Assembly: GCA_010093815.1 (NCBI GenBank)
Contig: ML996565.1
Strand: one strand, 5' to 3'
Length of the DNA stretch: 64,000 nt
From: Pseudovirgaria hyperparasitica
Lineage: Eukaryota
The translations under genes were made by a program, and so were the position numbers. Shown here in pieces: positions 25,279-39,234 of the stretch; position 1 is the stretch's first letter; every line of letters starts with the position of its first letter. Below the pieces are notes generated by a model that ran no database searches, was not told where the DNA came from, and was given only the letters and a program-made list of their open reading frames with translations.

Positions 25279-26500
25279 AAGGTTAGTACGATAGCGCAAC
25301 CTACGGTAAATAAACTTAATAGCTATAGCGATGCTAAGATCGAAGTAGTAGGTTACATAGGCCTCCGAGTTCGATCTAATTACTACTTCTTTTTAGGGAA
25401 GTCTATTAAGTTTATATAGTAGTTAGCTTACTAGAGTAAGTCCTTATCTCGTTAATTATCTTTAACGGTTAGCTAACTTATTCTAGGGTAGCTATTCTCG
25501 GACCCTCCTATCGACGGAACGCTCTATAAGGAATTTATCGATAGTCTTATTAAGGCGTACGCTAGTAGTTAGCACGCCTCGATTCTAAAGGATCTACTTC
25601 TATTCTATATAATGGATAAGTTCGGTAACTACTATTATTCTTAGGATATCGTGGTAGGAGGAGAGATCTTTCGGGATCCTTCAAAACGCCTAGATAGGTT
25701 ATATTCCTATACTATTCCGGCTATCCTAGGCATGATGGCTCGCGGCGTATACTAGTACTTTAGCGATAGCGTCTATAGTTCTTATTCTACTAGTAAAGGC
25801 ATCTTTAGGGAGTGTGTATAGCTTTTTTCTAACGGGTTCCTACTATTTAAAGGTACCTATTTAAACTATTTCCACTAAGGGAATAGGAAATTCTATAGTA
25901 TATCGCGTTATAAGTTATTCCTTTATATCGTTAAAGGCTTTTAATAGGTTTAACGCGTTCCTATAGTGTACCGTAGCGAGCGTAACGTCATTAAAAAGCG
26001 CTAATATACCGAGTAGTCTTTATTTATAGAGATAACTAAGGCTACTAGAAAGTATTTGGCTACCAAACTTTATTAAAAGAAGTTATTAGGTCTTAAGGAG
26101 ACTAGGTCAAACTCTAAGGCTAGTCCTTCGCTCGTGAGTTAGATTTATATCTCGTATAATCTCTAGCTAATTAAAAGGTTATAGCTATAATAGAATAGAT
26201 GTATTACGGCGGTCCGGAGGTCCTTATTCCTAGCTTTAATAATACTATACCTCCCGACCCGAGTATTATCCCTATTCGTTCTATATAGAACCTTAAAGAT
26301 AAAGGACTTCCGCTTAACGAAGCCGTTAAAGATTGGTTTAGTCGTCCGATAAACGCGTTTAGCGAGGTTAGCTACACGCCTTAAGGGCTACTATATAAGT
26401 TCTTAATTAACGATAGCATGCCCGAGGAGGGCGAGAAGGTATTAGTATAATTTACGAAGAATCCACTGAATTCTACTCGTAAGGTCTAGGACTAAGTAGG
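25279..26500 (+). pseudogene. Element A antisense accessory gene, 3' half with DUF3716-like Cys6 motif
   Basis: Frame continues across the B1 insertion (TCT CGT|AAG GTT); intron 25436-25486; 25774-25896 reverts to CxxC-x9-C-x14-CxxC-x8-C with KGIFRECV and GxCxNC. Confidence 0.68.
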
Positions 26501-26799
26501 CGGCTTCTATTTTATAATGATACCCTATCTTATTAAGCATTAAAAGGCGTTAACGGCTTTCTTTTATCTCTATTTGGTCTTACGGTTCTTAAATAGCGAT
26601 TTTAGACTTATATAATATCATTATAAGTCCACGTCTTCTTTCTTTAACCTCCTAGTAATTTCTAAGGCTCGTTAATCTTCTTTAATAGCTATATATATTC
26701 TAAATAAGTAAATAGGGGGTTAGTAGTACTATATATAAAGGAGATAATTAGGGAAAGACTAAAGTTAGTTATATTCTAAGCTTTCCTATAATAGCTTTA

Positions 26800-29700
26800 A
26801 AGGTAATATCTTTTTCCATAGGGAGTACCTCTCTCCCTCTAATCTATTAACTCGTCTTAACGCGCTAGCCATAGCCGCTTAGGTTTCTCTACTACGTTCA
26901 TCTATATAGGATCGCTTTCTCTTTCGCGTGTAAGGTTCGCTTTCTATAAGATCCCGTATAGGGACGTCCGAGTCGGTTAGGGGTTATTTATTTACTTTAT
27001 TAACCTCCTTTAACACTTCTTCTATATCCGAGTCTATATCTATACTTATAGGATTCTTATATTCTAGTTAGATATCCTTATCTAAGTCTATTCGTGTATT
27101 ATTAAACTCGTCTCCTAAGCTTATTTCTTTAGATAATTCTTCCTGTCTCGCTTCTATCGTGGCTTCCTCTACTATATTAATCTCGTTTAACGGGTTATCT
27201 ATCGGTTTCTTAGTTATCGTTTAGGCTTCCTCTACCCTTAGAGCATTATAGCTCTCTTTAATGTTTATTATTAGTAGTTATATTACTCCGCTATTCTCGT
27301 GTTATTCTTCTAGTATATTTCTTAGTTCGTTAATAACGATTAGCACTAGTACAATTAACGTAGTTGTGGTAGCTCTCCGTTTACGTCGATTTCTTATATT
27401 AGTAAGCCTAATTTAACGCGTAATATCTATATCTATCGAGCTCTCCCCTACTAAGAACGAACGTACGCCCTTATACGTTAACTCTCGTTAACTCCGTAGC
27501 TACTATAGCCGATTCTACTCCTTCTTAGGAAGGGAGGATAGAGTCGTCTAATATAGAGTAGGTTTCTCTTTCTCTAAAACCTTCTTAATATCTAGTAAGT
27601 GAGGTGCCACTTAATTCCTAATTTCCTTAGACATTTATAAGTTAATCTCCTATCTCGTCTAGAAGTTATCTAGCTTATTAATATCTCTTACCGTAATTAG
27701 CCTATTACCATATATAAGGTGTCGTAGGATACGTCCGTTAGGTGTTTCTAGCGCGTATATATCTAAGGGGTGTTACATGTGAACCTTATAGGGACCTAAG
27801 TAGTTTATTTTAAACTTCATTTTCTATTTATTCTTTAGTAAAATGATTTAACCGATAGGTAGTCGCGCCTAGTCTTTAGGTTTAAGCCGAGTCGGATCTA
27901 TAAGGTCTCGGCGAGCGGCTTCTATAAGTAGTTTATTTAGCGCTAGCGTCCTAGCGTGTTATACTTTCTTAACTCGCTTAATAAGTTCGTTAAAGGATAT
28001 TAACTTATCCTTTTCTCTAGGAATATTCCCTAGTAAGTTAGGGTGCTATCTATATACTAGATAATATAGACTAACTCCTATACTCCTATATCGTCGGATC
28101 CTCGTGGCGAAAACGGCGGCTAGTAAGTATATATCCTAGTTAGTTACTAGTTTACCTATATATATACGGGTAAGGATACCTCCTAAGGTTCTATTAAGGC
28201 GTTCGACCTTTCCGTTTATACGAGGGTAATAAGACGTAGTAAGTTTATATTCCGTCTTAAGGATACGTAGTAGTACACCAACCACTCTTAATAGGAACTA
28301 TTAACCGTTATCTAAGGTTAGTGCGGCGGGGGGTCTAAAATCTATAAAGATTCGTTCGTAAATGAACCTCGCGACGGACTCTACGGTCGCCTTAGGGCCT
28401 GCCTATATAATAGGCCATCCCGTTATATAGTTAATTACTATTATTACCTAACTATTACCGTTATACATAGTAGGGAGTACGCCTATAAAGTCGATACCCT
28501 ATTCTTTAAAGGGTGCTCGGCGTGTAACCCTATAAAACTATCTCTCGTATTATGGATTTGGTGGCACTCGTTACGCTAATTAGTATTAACGGCAATTACG
28601 AGCGACTACCTCTACGTCTTTCTTTATTTTAAACTACTAGCCTTGTTTTTCTAGGGCTTCTAGTAGTCCGGGCCATATAAAGTAACCGAATTATTAATAT
28701 ATAGTTTCTACTAGCGACTTATAGTATTATTCCGGGATATAAGGCGCTGAATTTTCCGCTAAATCTTCTTAACTATTATTAAAATCCTATAGCTTATATT
28801 AAAGTTTACTCTCGGCGTCGAGACGTAGTTAAGATAGGATTTTAGGAGAGACTTTTAGTACATGCTCTATCGGGTCGGCTCCTTTTAGAAACTCGATGAT
28901 TTAGACTATAAGAACGTGTTCGTTAACTTTACTTAACGGCATCGCGGAGATCTCGCCTTAGAAGTCTAGCCTTCTACTAATGGCGTTAGGTACTACCGCC
29001 TTAGATTCTAGGCGATATTTTATATCGAGATCGAAGCTTCCGAACTTATTAATCTATCTATCTACACGGCCTCCTTATTCCTTTATAGACTTAAGGAACT
29101 ATAGGCTATGGTAATCGGTTAGAATCGTCGTCTTCTTCGTTCCTAGTAGATATCCCTAAGTACGTAGGGCGTATTTAATGGTAAGGAGTTCTTTTTTATA
29201 AACCGGATAGTTAAGCTCGGCGCCATTAAGCTTTCGTCCGTTAAACGCGATTAGCTAATACTACTTACTAGGATCCTTCTAGTAGATTACTATACCGATC
29301 GCATAGTTACTTATATCCGTTTTAATATAGAAGGGCTTAGTCTTATTAGGTTAAGCTAGAACCGGTTCGGAATATAGGGTATTCTTTAGGGTCTTAAAGG
29401 TAAACGCCGTTAATAGCGTCCATTAAATAGACCTGTATTTCTATTTACGGATAAGAGGGTCTACTTCCTTAAGGAGGTCTATTAGGGGTACGGCGATACT
29501 CACGAATCCCTAGATATACCTCTAATAATAATTCGCTAGGCTAAGGAACTATTAGACTTCGCTAACGTTCGTAGGCTCTAGCCATTCGCAAATTACCTTA
29601 ATCTTATCCTTTATTAGGCGAAGTTATCCTTATAAGACGTGGTATCTATAGAAGTTAACTTCGGTCTAGCTAAAACTATATTTCTCTAGATTAGTAAGTA

Positions 29701-31774
29701 AGTAGTATTCACGGAGTAGGGTAAGTACTTTTAATAGTATTCTAGTATGTTCTTCCATATCTTCGGAAAAGATAATAATATTATTAAGGTATATAACCAC
29801 GGATTTATATAGTAGGGGTTAAAGGACTCGATTTATTATCTTTTAGAATATAATAGGTGCGTTTAATAGACCGAACGGCATTACCTTAAACTCGTATTTA
29901 CCATAAATCGTGTTAAAGGCGGTCTTAGGGACGTCTTCGTCGGCTACTCGTACTTACTAAAACCCTAAGGTTAAGTCTATCTTACTAAACACTATTAACT
30001 AGCCGAAGGCACGTAGGCATTCGTCTATATATAGAAGAGGGGTCGTATCCTTACGCGTGAGTATGTTAAGTACTTGATAATTAATATATATTCGCTATTT
30101 GCCTCCGGGTTTAGATACGAAAAGTACTAGGCTACCCTAGGCACTTCCTAATTCTTAGATAAGCCCTCGCTCGATAAGCTTCTATATCTACTTCTACTAT
30201 TTAGCGATTTATTCTAGGGAGAGGCGGTAGACGGCGTTATTAACGGGTCGGCCGTCTTCTATATCTATCTTATAGTCCCATTATCTCGAAGGTAGTAGTC
30301 CTTTAGGTAGCTTCTCTTTAAAGACGTCCTAGTACTCCGTTAAAACCGTTTATAGTATTAGATCGGGTGCCTATAGTATAGGAGGGTTATCTTTCCTAAT
30401 AAACCACATTATACCTTGCTTATAGCCGTTTAGATATTATTTCCGTGCTTAGCTAGCGGTAAGGATGTTTAGCACTTATTCTCCTTATAAGTTAATATCG
30501 ATTAACGCGGGAATCCCCTTAAGGAGATACTCCTTAGTCCTTTCTTAAGCTACTAGCCTTCTAATTACTAGAGAATAGAATCTCTATAATATATCGGGAT
30601 CCTATTTATAAAGCCATTTATAACCTAGAATTAGATCGTAGCCCTTAAGGTCGAGTACTCTCACGGAGATTTCGTAAGTAAAGCTTTCTATATAAAGAGG
30701 GATTTTTATAACTTCTCGACTTATTATTAGGGCTCCTAACAGAAGCTTAACACGTATTACGGGGGTAGATTACGGTACTAGCTTTAGACGTCTAGTAACC
30801 TTCGTTAACGTATACGTTCTATTAGCCCTATAGTTAATAAGAACTAAAACCCTCTAGGGGTGGACTTCCCCTACGTAAGCCTTAAGTTCTAGTAACTATC
30901 TACTAATAGAGTTTAGTTAATAGAGGCGATCGTCGATAACGTCCGTTAACTCCTCTTAATAATAGTAGACACTCTCTAGCGATTCGTAAAGCGCGTTAAT
31001 ATATTTATAGTTCTAGATATTTATCTTATTTTCATCGGTATTATTAGTATAGAAGCTCTTATAGTTACTTATAGTATCTTCTATATCCACTACGGGCGAC
31101 TAGCTTTTAGGGCCTCTTCGTTAAAGACGCTTAACACGTCGTCCTTAGTAGTAATATAGGCTAGCTTATCTAGAGTCGGATTTTCGGGGTAGAATCTCGA
31201 GATATATCCTAACTTCTTATAGTTAAAGTATTCTCGGGTTTCATTAAGAGCTCTTAACGAGCCTCCTTAGTATTTACCACGGCCTTAGCCTCGGTTCCAG
31301 CCTCTACCGCGGCCTCGGTTACTCTATTAACGCTTTATAAACGCGTGGAGCTTACCCTCGTCTCTAGAGTAGTCGCCTAATTTATCTTCGCGTATATATA
31401 AGTCCTTAGAAGGTTTAAATTCTTCCGGTTCCTCCTCTTTATCTTAGTAATATATAGTATTAATATAATGAGTAGCCTCCCGCCTATAGTATTCGTTTCT
31501 AGAGTAGGTATATAAGGCTTCCTCTAGCCTCTTTACCTATAGATACTACTCTCCTAATTCTATAGGAGGAAAGGGCTACTTTTCGATCTTACGTTAAACC
31601 TTAGACTTAAGAGCGCCTAGAATTCTACGCTATATCTTATATTTAGAAGGTATAGGTTATAGAAGTCGTGCCTTTTTAACGATAGCGTCGATAAGCTTTA
31701 AGATAGATCCGAAACGATATTAAGTAAGGTTCTTCTATTCCTTTCTACGCTATTCGGGGCGATTAGTAGAGATA
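26800..31774 (-). pseudogene. Element A gag 3' part and pol (PR, RT, RNase H, IN; no chromodomain recognised)
   Basis: CFNCKKLGHISRFC knuckle ~31186-31236, YLDDI-like ~29770-29800, integrase core ~28000-28600, WLGPYKV ~27785. Confidence 0.85.
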
Positions 31775-32047
31775 TGTTAGGACGGGAACCATAATAGACC
31801 TATATAGACCATTCTAATCCATGCAGCCACGTAGTGGCTAGAGCTAGGTTGAGTTAGCTAAGTTAAGCGATGTCACTATATAAGTAGACCGTATAAACCG
31901 ATTCCTACTTATTAGGAATCAACCTCGTATAAGAGTAAGATTACTCTATAAATACATTCCTATATCTCTCTATAAACTATTAGACTACTATCCCACATCT
32001 TCACTCTTTATATTTTAATTTCTCTCTATATAGCACGACGGTAGCTT

Positions 32048-35000
32048 ATAGAGATAGCTCCTACTACGCGCTATAATACCCGTGGTACTACCTTATATAA
32101 GAGACTCTCTCTAAATCTAAACGAAGAGAATAGTCTCCCTATAACCACCTCCACTAATAAGTACACCCTATAGACTATTATACTAATAACTAGTACGGTA
32201 TTCTATATAACCGTGGAAGATTACCTAGATAATAAGGAAGGAGTCCATTATACTCCATCGCGGTCTAGTTTACACTATACTAGACCCATCCTTACTATAA
32301 GACTAGACCCTATTAACGTTAATAAACTAATTTATTAGAACTAACTAATATTAACCACGCCTTACGACGATATATATACTAAGCTATATATAGAGAGGTA
32401 GCGTTAGGCTTAGCTCGAGTAGTAACTTCGCGAACTTAATAAAGCGTAAGGATAAACCGCTAGACTCGAAGCCGTACTACGCGCTTTAGTGCTAGTAGTA
32501 ACTAACCTATACTAATATAGACTAACTTAAGCCGAAATAGTCTAACTAAGTCTATTACTATCCTAGTTACCTTAGTCTAAGAAACCACCTTACTTTGATA
32601 GTAAAACCAGGAGGAGCTTTTACGAATAGGCTTACTAGTATAGCCGATTCTTCTACCTATTCACGAACGATAGTAATAAGATTAGGTTCGCATAGAACTA
32701 CCTAGACCTAACGCCATCTAAACGTTAGATAGTATATTAAATTAAATACCCTAAGGATGTATATAACTAGGACACGTTCACCGAATTCCTTCTTTAATAC
32801 TTCGGCGACAGAGCCAAGCGACGCGAATAGGCTTAGAGCTATATCTTTAAGACTTAATAGCGAGAGAGATAATCCCCGTTATAACTCCTTAAATATCTCC
32901 GACCTCTTTAGAGAGAAGCTAAGAAAGATCGCATGGTTCGATAATACGACGACTTTAAAAGGTCCCTTAACCCGAGCGTAAAGGAACGCATCGACCTTAT
33001 AACGTCTATCCCTACTAATCTTTAGGTACTCGCGAATCTCATAGAATAATATTAGCGTATAATAAATAACTAACGTCGTATAGGCGCATGACTATCCCTA
33101 TTAATCTAATCTAATACGAAATCGTCTAAAGAGAACCGGTTTAGTAATAGATCGCGCGGAATACCTTATAGGCGCTACTACTCTATGAACTCGAGAAGAT
33201 AAGGCCCGTACCGCGGATCTTTCTACTAGTCGATATATTAAGACGCGAGAAACGACTCGTATAAACGACCTAAAGTCACCTACTATACCTATAGTAGGAT
33301 AGGCTATATAGTACCCGAGTACCGCTTAGGGAAACCACTAAATACTAATATAGATACTAAGTTAGTTATATACTATAAGTACTAATAGCTAGAATACATC
33401 GCGCCTAACTACCCGGTATATAATATAAAAAACTAACTACCTACGAGAAACCCTCGTGACTTATAGATATAACTAAAATAGAGGGATAACTAGCTAACTA
33501 GTATATCGAACTATAGGCTAGGCCTATTAAGGTCCCCCGTGGATAACATTAGACCGTAATACTTAATAGCGGTTTAGCTACTAACGTTATATCGACTTAA
33601 TAAGCACGAGAACTTAACGTCGATATTTAAGTATTAATAGATACTACCTTCTATAGTATCGATAGTCCTATTAAATCGTAGGGTACCTATACTATTAAAT
33701 ACGGTATCTAGGATAGCGGGGGGAAGTAGAAACCCTACTACTTAACCTTTATCGTAGTAGATAGTCCCTTTAATATAATCCTTAGTATGCTATAGCTTAA
33801 AAAATATAACCCGAAACTAGACTTCATCTAGAAAACAGCTAGCTAGCGTATATACCTACTATAATAGAACCTAGTATAGCTAGTCGATAATGAATAATTC
33901 TAGAAGGACTACGAAAAGGTAATCTCCGCTATCTACGTCCTCTTACTTACTTAAAATAGAGAGCTTAGTATTAAAGTAGACGAAAACCTACTATATTAGT
34001 ATAAAATATACTAACATGTCGCGTTAGCGATCGACTCGTCTAAATTACCTTAATACTAACCTAACGACCTTACTATTAACCTTAAAGACGGTTAATAACC
34101 CCTATACGGACCCATTTACCCTCTATTAGAACCCGAGCTATAGGTCCTCCGAGAATATATCGAAAAGAACCTTACGCGAGGATAGATTAGGCCTAGTATA
34201 TCTCTAGCCGGAGCTCTAATCCTCTTTATAAAGAAGAAGGATAGGAGTCTCCGTCTATATATTAACTACTATAGTCTAAATAATATCACGCGAAAGAATC
34301 GTTACCTACTACCTCTTATCTCCGAGTCTATTAATAGACTAGGGCGCGTAAAGATCTTTACTAAGCTCGATCTACGCGACGCCTACTACCGCCTATATAT
34401 TAAGAAGGGCGATAAGTAGAAAACGGCGTTTAGGACCCGTTATGGATACTTCGAGTATATAGTAGTCCCTTTTAAACTAACTAACGCGCTAGGAACCTTC
34501 TAAGCGTATATTAATAACGCGCTAGTAGGCCTACTCGATACGACGTGCATCGTATACCTTAATAACATCCTTATCTTCTCTAATAACGAAGAAGAACACA
34601 TCTAGCACGTACACGTAGTCCTAGATAGGCTAGAAAAACATAAGCTATATATTAAGCTATCTAAATATAAGTTCCACTAGGACCACGTTAACTTCCTTGG
34701 CTTCGTTATTACTAATTAAGATATAACCATAGAAAGGGATAGAGTCGCTACTATTATGGACTAGCCTAAACTAAAATCGGTTCGAGACATACGTGTCTTT
34801 ATCGGATTTACTAATTACTACCGAAAATTCGTTAAGCATTTCTCCCGGCTAGTAGCACCGCTTAACGCGCGTACTACTACTATAGATTCGTCTATTATAG
34901 TCCGCGGTAGATAGAAATAGCGTAATATTAAATTATAGTCTATAGAATTATCGGAAGGCGAAAGGGCCTCCTTCGAGAAAATTAAAGAGGCATTTATAAC

Positions 35001-37200
35001 TACTCTATTACTAGTGTACTTCGACCTAACTAAACCTATCCGCATTAAAACCAACGCGTTAGGATTTATAATCTTAGGTATTCTCTTCTAGCCTAGACTA
35101 ACTAAGTCTAAAAAGGTCTAATAGTATCTAGTTGCGTTCTTCTCACGTAAAATAGTTAATATTAAGACTAGATATACTATCTATAACCAAGAGCTACTAG
35201 TAATAGTAGAGTTATTTAAATAGTAGTAATATTATCTTAAAGGTGCTATATATAACGTCGAGTTACTAACTAATTACTATAACTTAAAGGGGTTTATAAG
35301 CACGATAGTTTTAAACCGTTAATAGGTCTAATAGGCTAAGTAGCTTACGAACTTTCACTTTATAATCTACTATCGACCTAGAAGTATAAACCTAGCTAAT
35401 AGGATATTAAGAAGACCTAACTATAAAGAAGGCGCCTAGGATTATAGTAGCTATAGGGTCCTAGAGTAGCTATAGGCCTAACTCTCAAGGACGAGGTTGG
35501 ATTTTAAGTTATTAGGCGATTAGTAAGATACTAACGTCGATGCCGGTAATCGAATCTCTAAGACCGAAGCCGGTAACTAAAGACGCGGTACTAAAGTCCC
35601 TAGTAGGCCGTTTATTAGTGCTATCGGGAAGAGCGATAATACCTAGCGTGAATATCTAATTAACCTCGTCTAGTTAATCGTGGATCTATAGAAGATAGAC
35701 CCGATAGTTTTAAAGTTATATAAAATATAGTAAGATAGGTTATTACGGACTAAAGTAGACTATAAGTAGACCTTTGTGGACGGCTTACTTTACTACGATA
35801 GAAAGTACTATATACTAACGGGTAACGCGCGATTTAACGTAGTTAGCCGATACCATAACGCTAATCTAGTAGGATACTTTAGGTATATACGTACCCTAAG
35901 CTTAATTCGTTAGTACTATTTTTAGGAAGATATATCTAAGTATATCGAAGAATAGATAGCTACTTATCCGATTTATCAAAGAACGAAGGCCCCTAGGTAT
36001 AAGCCATATAGGAATTTATAGCCTCTTTTAGCCCCCCTCTTTATATAGGAAGACGTTACTATAGACTTTATAGTTAACTTACCTCTAAGCGAGATGCTTA
36101 GAATAAGTTATAATTCTATTCTTATTATCGTAGATAGACTTATAAAGATATCTAGGTATATCCTAGTATAGAAGACGATTACATCTAAAGAACTAGCGTA
36201 GGTGTTCTAGAACGAGATTATTAAGGTCTATAGTATACTAAAAAGGATCGTTACGGACCGAGGAAGTACCTTCACGTCTAAATTCTAGACGTTATTCTAC
36301 GAAATAGTAAGTATAAATAGAAATATATCTATAGTATTTTATCCTTAGACGGATAGCTAGATAGAGCGATAGAACTAGACGCTCGAGGCCTACCTACGCG
36401 TATTCTATAATTTCGAGTAGAACGACTAGGCCTCCCTACTAAATATAGTAGAGTTCGTATATAATAATAGTTATTATAGTATAATAGGTATTATACCTTT
36501 CTAGGCGAACCTCAGACGTAGTCTAAGGATAGGTTTTAAGCCTTAGACGGTCTAATTTAATCGAATAATAGACGTGAACGTCTATGCTTAGGAATTAGCG
36601 ATTAAAATCTTCGAAACCGCACGTAACTATCGCGCTATAATCTAATAAGTAAACGACTCGTATACGAAGTACTATAATAGGTTAGCTAAGGATTAGACGT
36701 ACGAGGAGGGCGACGAGGTCCTTCTTAACGTCCGTAATATACAAACGTCGTAAGTAAACAAGAAGCTTAATTATAAAATGGCTGGTTCCTTCCGAATCAA
36801 ACGTCGTATTAGTATAAGAGTCTACGAGCTCGACTTAGGAAGCGATATAAGAATCTATAACGTGTTCCACGTCTTACTACTCGAAAGATTTCGACCTAAC
36901 GTATATAGCCGCACGAACGTATAGTTACACTCTATTATACTCTAAGATAGACTAGACGTATTCGAAGTAGACTATATTATCGAATATAGAATTAATAAAG
37001 ATGGTATTTAGAAATATAGAATCCGTTAGAAGGACTATACTAAGGACGAGGACACCTAGGAACTAGTAGTATATATCTTAAGTTCTATAATAGCTACGTA
37101 TAAGTAAAAGATATAGAATAGCGTATTATTAATATAAGTATAGCGACGTCGCGGTCGTTATAAAAAGAAGAAGGATACCGTAGAGAACGAAGTGCTAAAC
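32048..37200 (+). pseudogene. Element B2 gag-pol with two CCHC knuckles and a chromodomain
   Basis: After reversing RIP: CYTCGRTGH...C ~33280 and CYKCQQLGH...C ~33370; CIVYLDDILIFS ~34547; FEVD.I..HR...YRIRWKDY..DEDTWE ~36960-37070. Confidence 0.87.
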
Positions 37201-37789
37201 TAGGAAATCCAGACGCGCACTAGGAAAACTCTACATAGTAGCCCTATAATTTAAGCGTTATACGGTTACTAGACGCGAAGAAAGCGTAAATAACCATTTT
37301 AGGAACGCGACGCGACACACTATAATAGAATAACATAGAAGAGTCTAGAATGGACTAATATAGACCATTATACACGAGAAAAACATGGGACTAAGAACCT
37401 AAAAAAAGGTACCCTACCATAGAATTAAACTCTTAACACGAAATATAAAAAGTTAGAGTACCCGAACTAATAACTACTAGGCTACTAGTTCGGGTGCTCT
37501 AATAGAATTTATAGAGATAAACTAATTTATATACGGTGCCTATACTTAGGTGACTTAAGGAAAATTAGAATGTAGAAACCGATAGTTATAAGCTAAGCAA
37601 GCGCATATATAATATCGTTAAGTTAAGAATTAAATTACTAGAAACTGGCCGACGGGTATCTAAACGGTCTAAAAAGGACTAAAATAGATAAAAGCTAGGT
37701 AAATAGAGCCGGCGCGCACCACCTATAGTAGATCTAGAATATATAGAGCTAGGCATAGAGCTAAACCCATAGAGCTAGAACCATAGAGC

Positions 37790-39234
37790 TACTCCTCTAT
37801 CTTATCATCCGTCCTAACCTCTAGTATAGTCCTCTCTAACCGCACGATATGGTAGTAGAGGACGACGACCTTAGCCTCTAGAGTAATAACCCGATCCGTT
37901 AGAGCCTAGAGGGAAGAGCCTTAAGCGCCGGAGCGTAGCGACTAGGTCTAAAGTTAGCTAACACGATCTAGAATAATCTAGAAGGGAATATATACCCTCT
38001 TATAAGGCGACTTAGAGGGAGAAATAGTAGACCTCTTATAAGATCTATTAGTAGCGCGAGACGGACGGGGGGGGATAGAGCGAATCCTCTCTACGGCCTC
38101 TATAGCTAGGATAGACTCCCTAGAATAGNNNNNNNNNNNNNNNNNNNNNNNNNNNNNNNNNNNNNNNNNNNNNNNNNNNNNNNNNNNNNNNNNNNNNNNN
38201 NNNNNNNNNNNNNNNNNNNNNNNNNNNNNNNNNNNNNNNNNNNNNNNNNNNNNNNNNNNNNNNNNNNNNNNNNNNNNNNNNNNNNNNNNNNNNNNNNNNN
38301 NNNNNNNNNNNNNNNNNNNNNNNNNNNNNNNNNNNNNNNNNNNNNNNNNNNNNNNNNNNNNNNNNNNNNNNNNNNNNNNNNNNNNNNNNNNNNNNNNNNN
38401 NNNNNNNNNNNNNNNNNNNNNNNNNNNNNNNNNNNNNNNNNNNNNNNNNNNNNNNNNNNNNNNNNNNNNNNNNNNNNNNNNNNNNNNNNNNNNNNNNNNN
38501 NNNNNNNNNNNNNNNNNNNNNNNNNNNNNNNNNNNNNNNNNNNNNNNNNNNNNNNNNNNNNNNNNNNNNNNNNNNNNNNNNNNNNNNNNNNNNNNNNNNN
38601 NNNNNNNNNNNNNNNNNNGTTAGTAGAGTAGTAGCTAATACTAGAGTTAGAGCGAAAGAGATATTTAGAGCCGGCCGTATAGCCCTTAATATACTTATAG
38701 TATATTAAACCGTAGTTCGCCGTTTTCCTATAGCGTAAACTATAACTACGTTTAGTATCCTCGGCGACCTAGGCCTTATTATTAGTAGGCTAGGGTTTAG
38801 AGTAAATATTAAGGTCCTAAAAGGACCTAGAGTAACTAAATTAGTCTATATTAGACCGGAAGGAAGAGCGGCAAGGCGGCGGCGTGGGTAAGCGCGAGGG
38901 CTCGTAATTATTGTCTATAACGAGATCTTCTTCATCCTCTAGAGGAGGTAGAGTAGACGGTATACGCTTTAGAGCGAGAGAAGAACCTACGACTACTTTA
39001 TCTATAAGTTTAGTACTAGGATTACCTAGATTAGAGCGACTAGTAGCCATATTAGTAATAGAGGTAGTAATAGTAGTAGCCCTAGCTACTCTCTTCTCCG
39101 ACTTAGAGCGCGCCTTTATACTACTATAATAGATAGACTTCTTAGCTGGCGTGGCCGGGGAGGAGACGATACCTTTAGAGCGAGTCTTACGAGAGGAGGA
39201 GGTAGGCTTAGAGATAGGACTAGTATTAGATATC
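37790..39234 (-). pseudogene. Element B2 antisense accessory gene (partly inside the assembly gap)
   Basis: Reverse complement of 9718-10335 and 18942-19280; ORF-track peptide STLPPLEDEEDLVID is shared by both copies. Confidence 0.55.
38129..38618. other. Assembly gap (490 N)
   Basis: Run of N inside B2. Confidence 1.
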
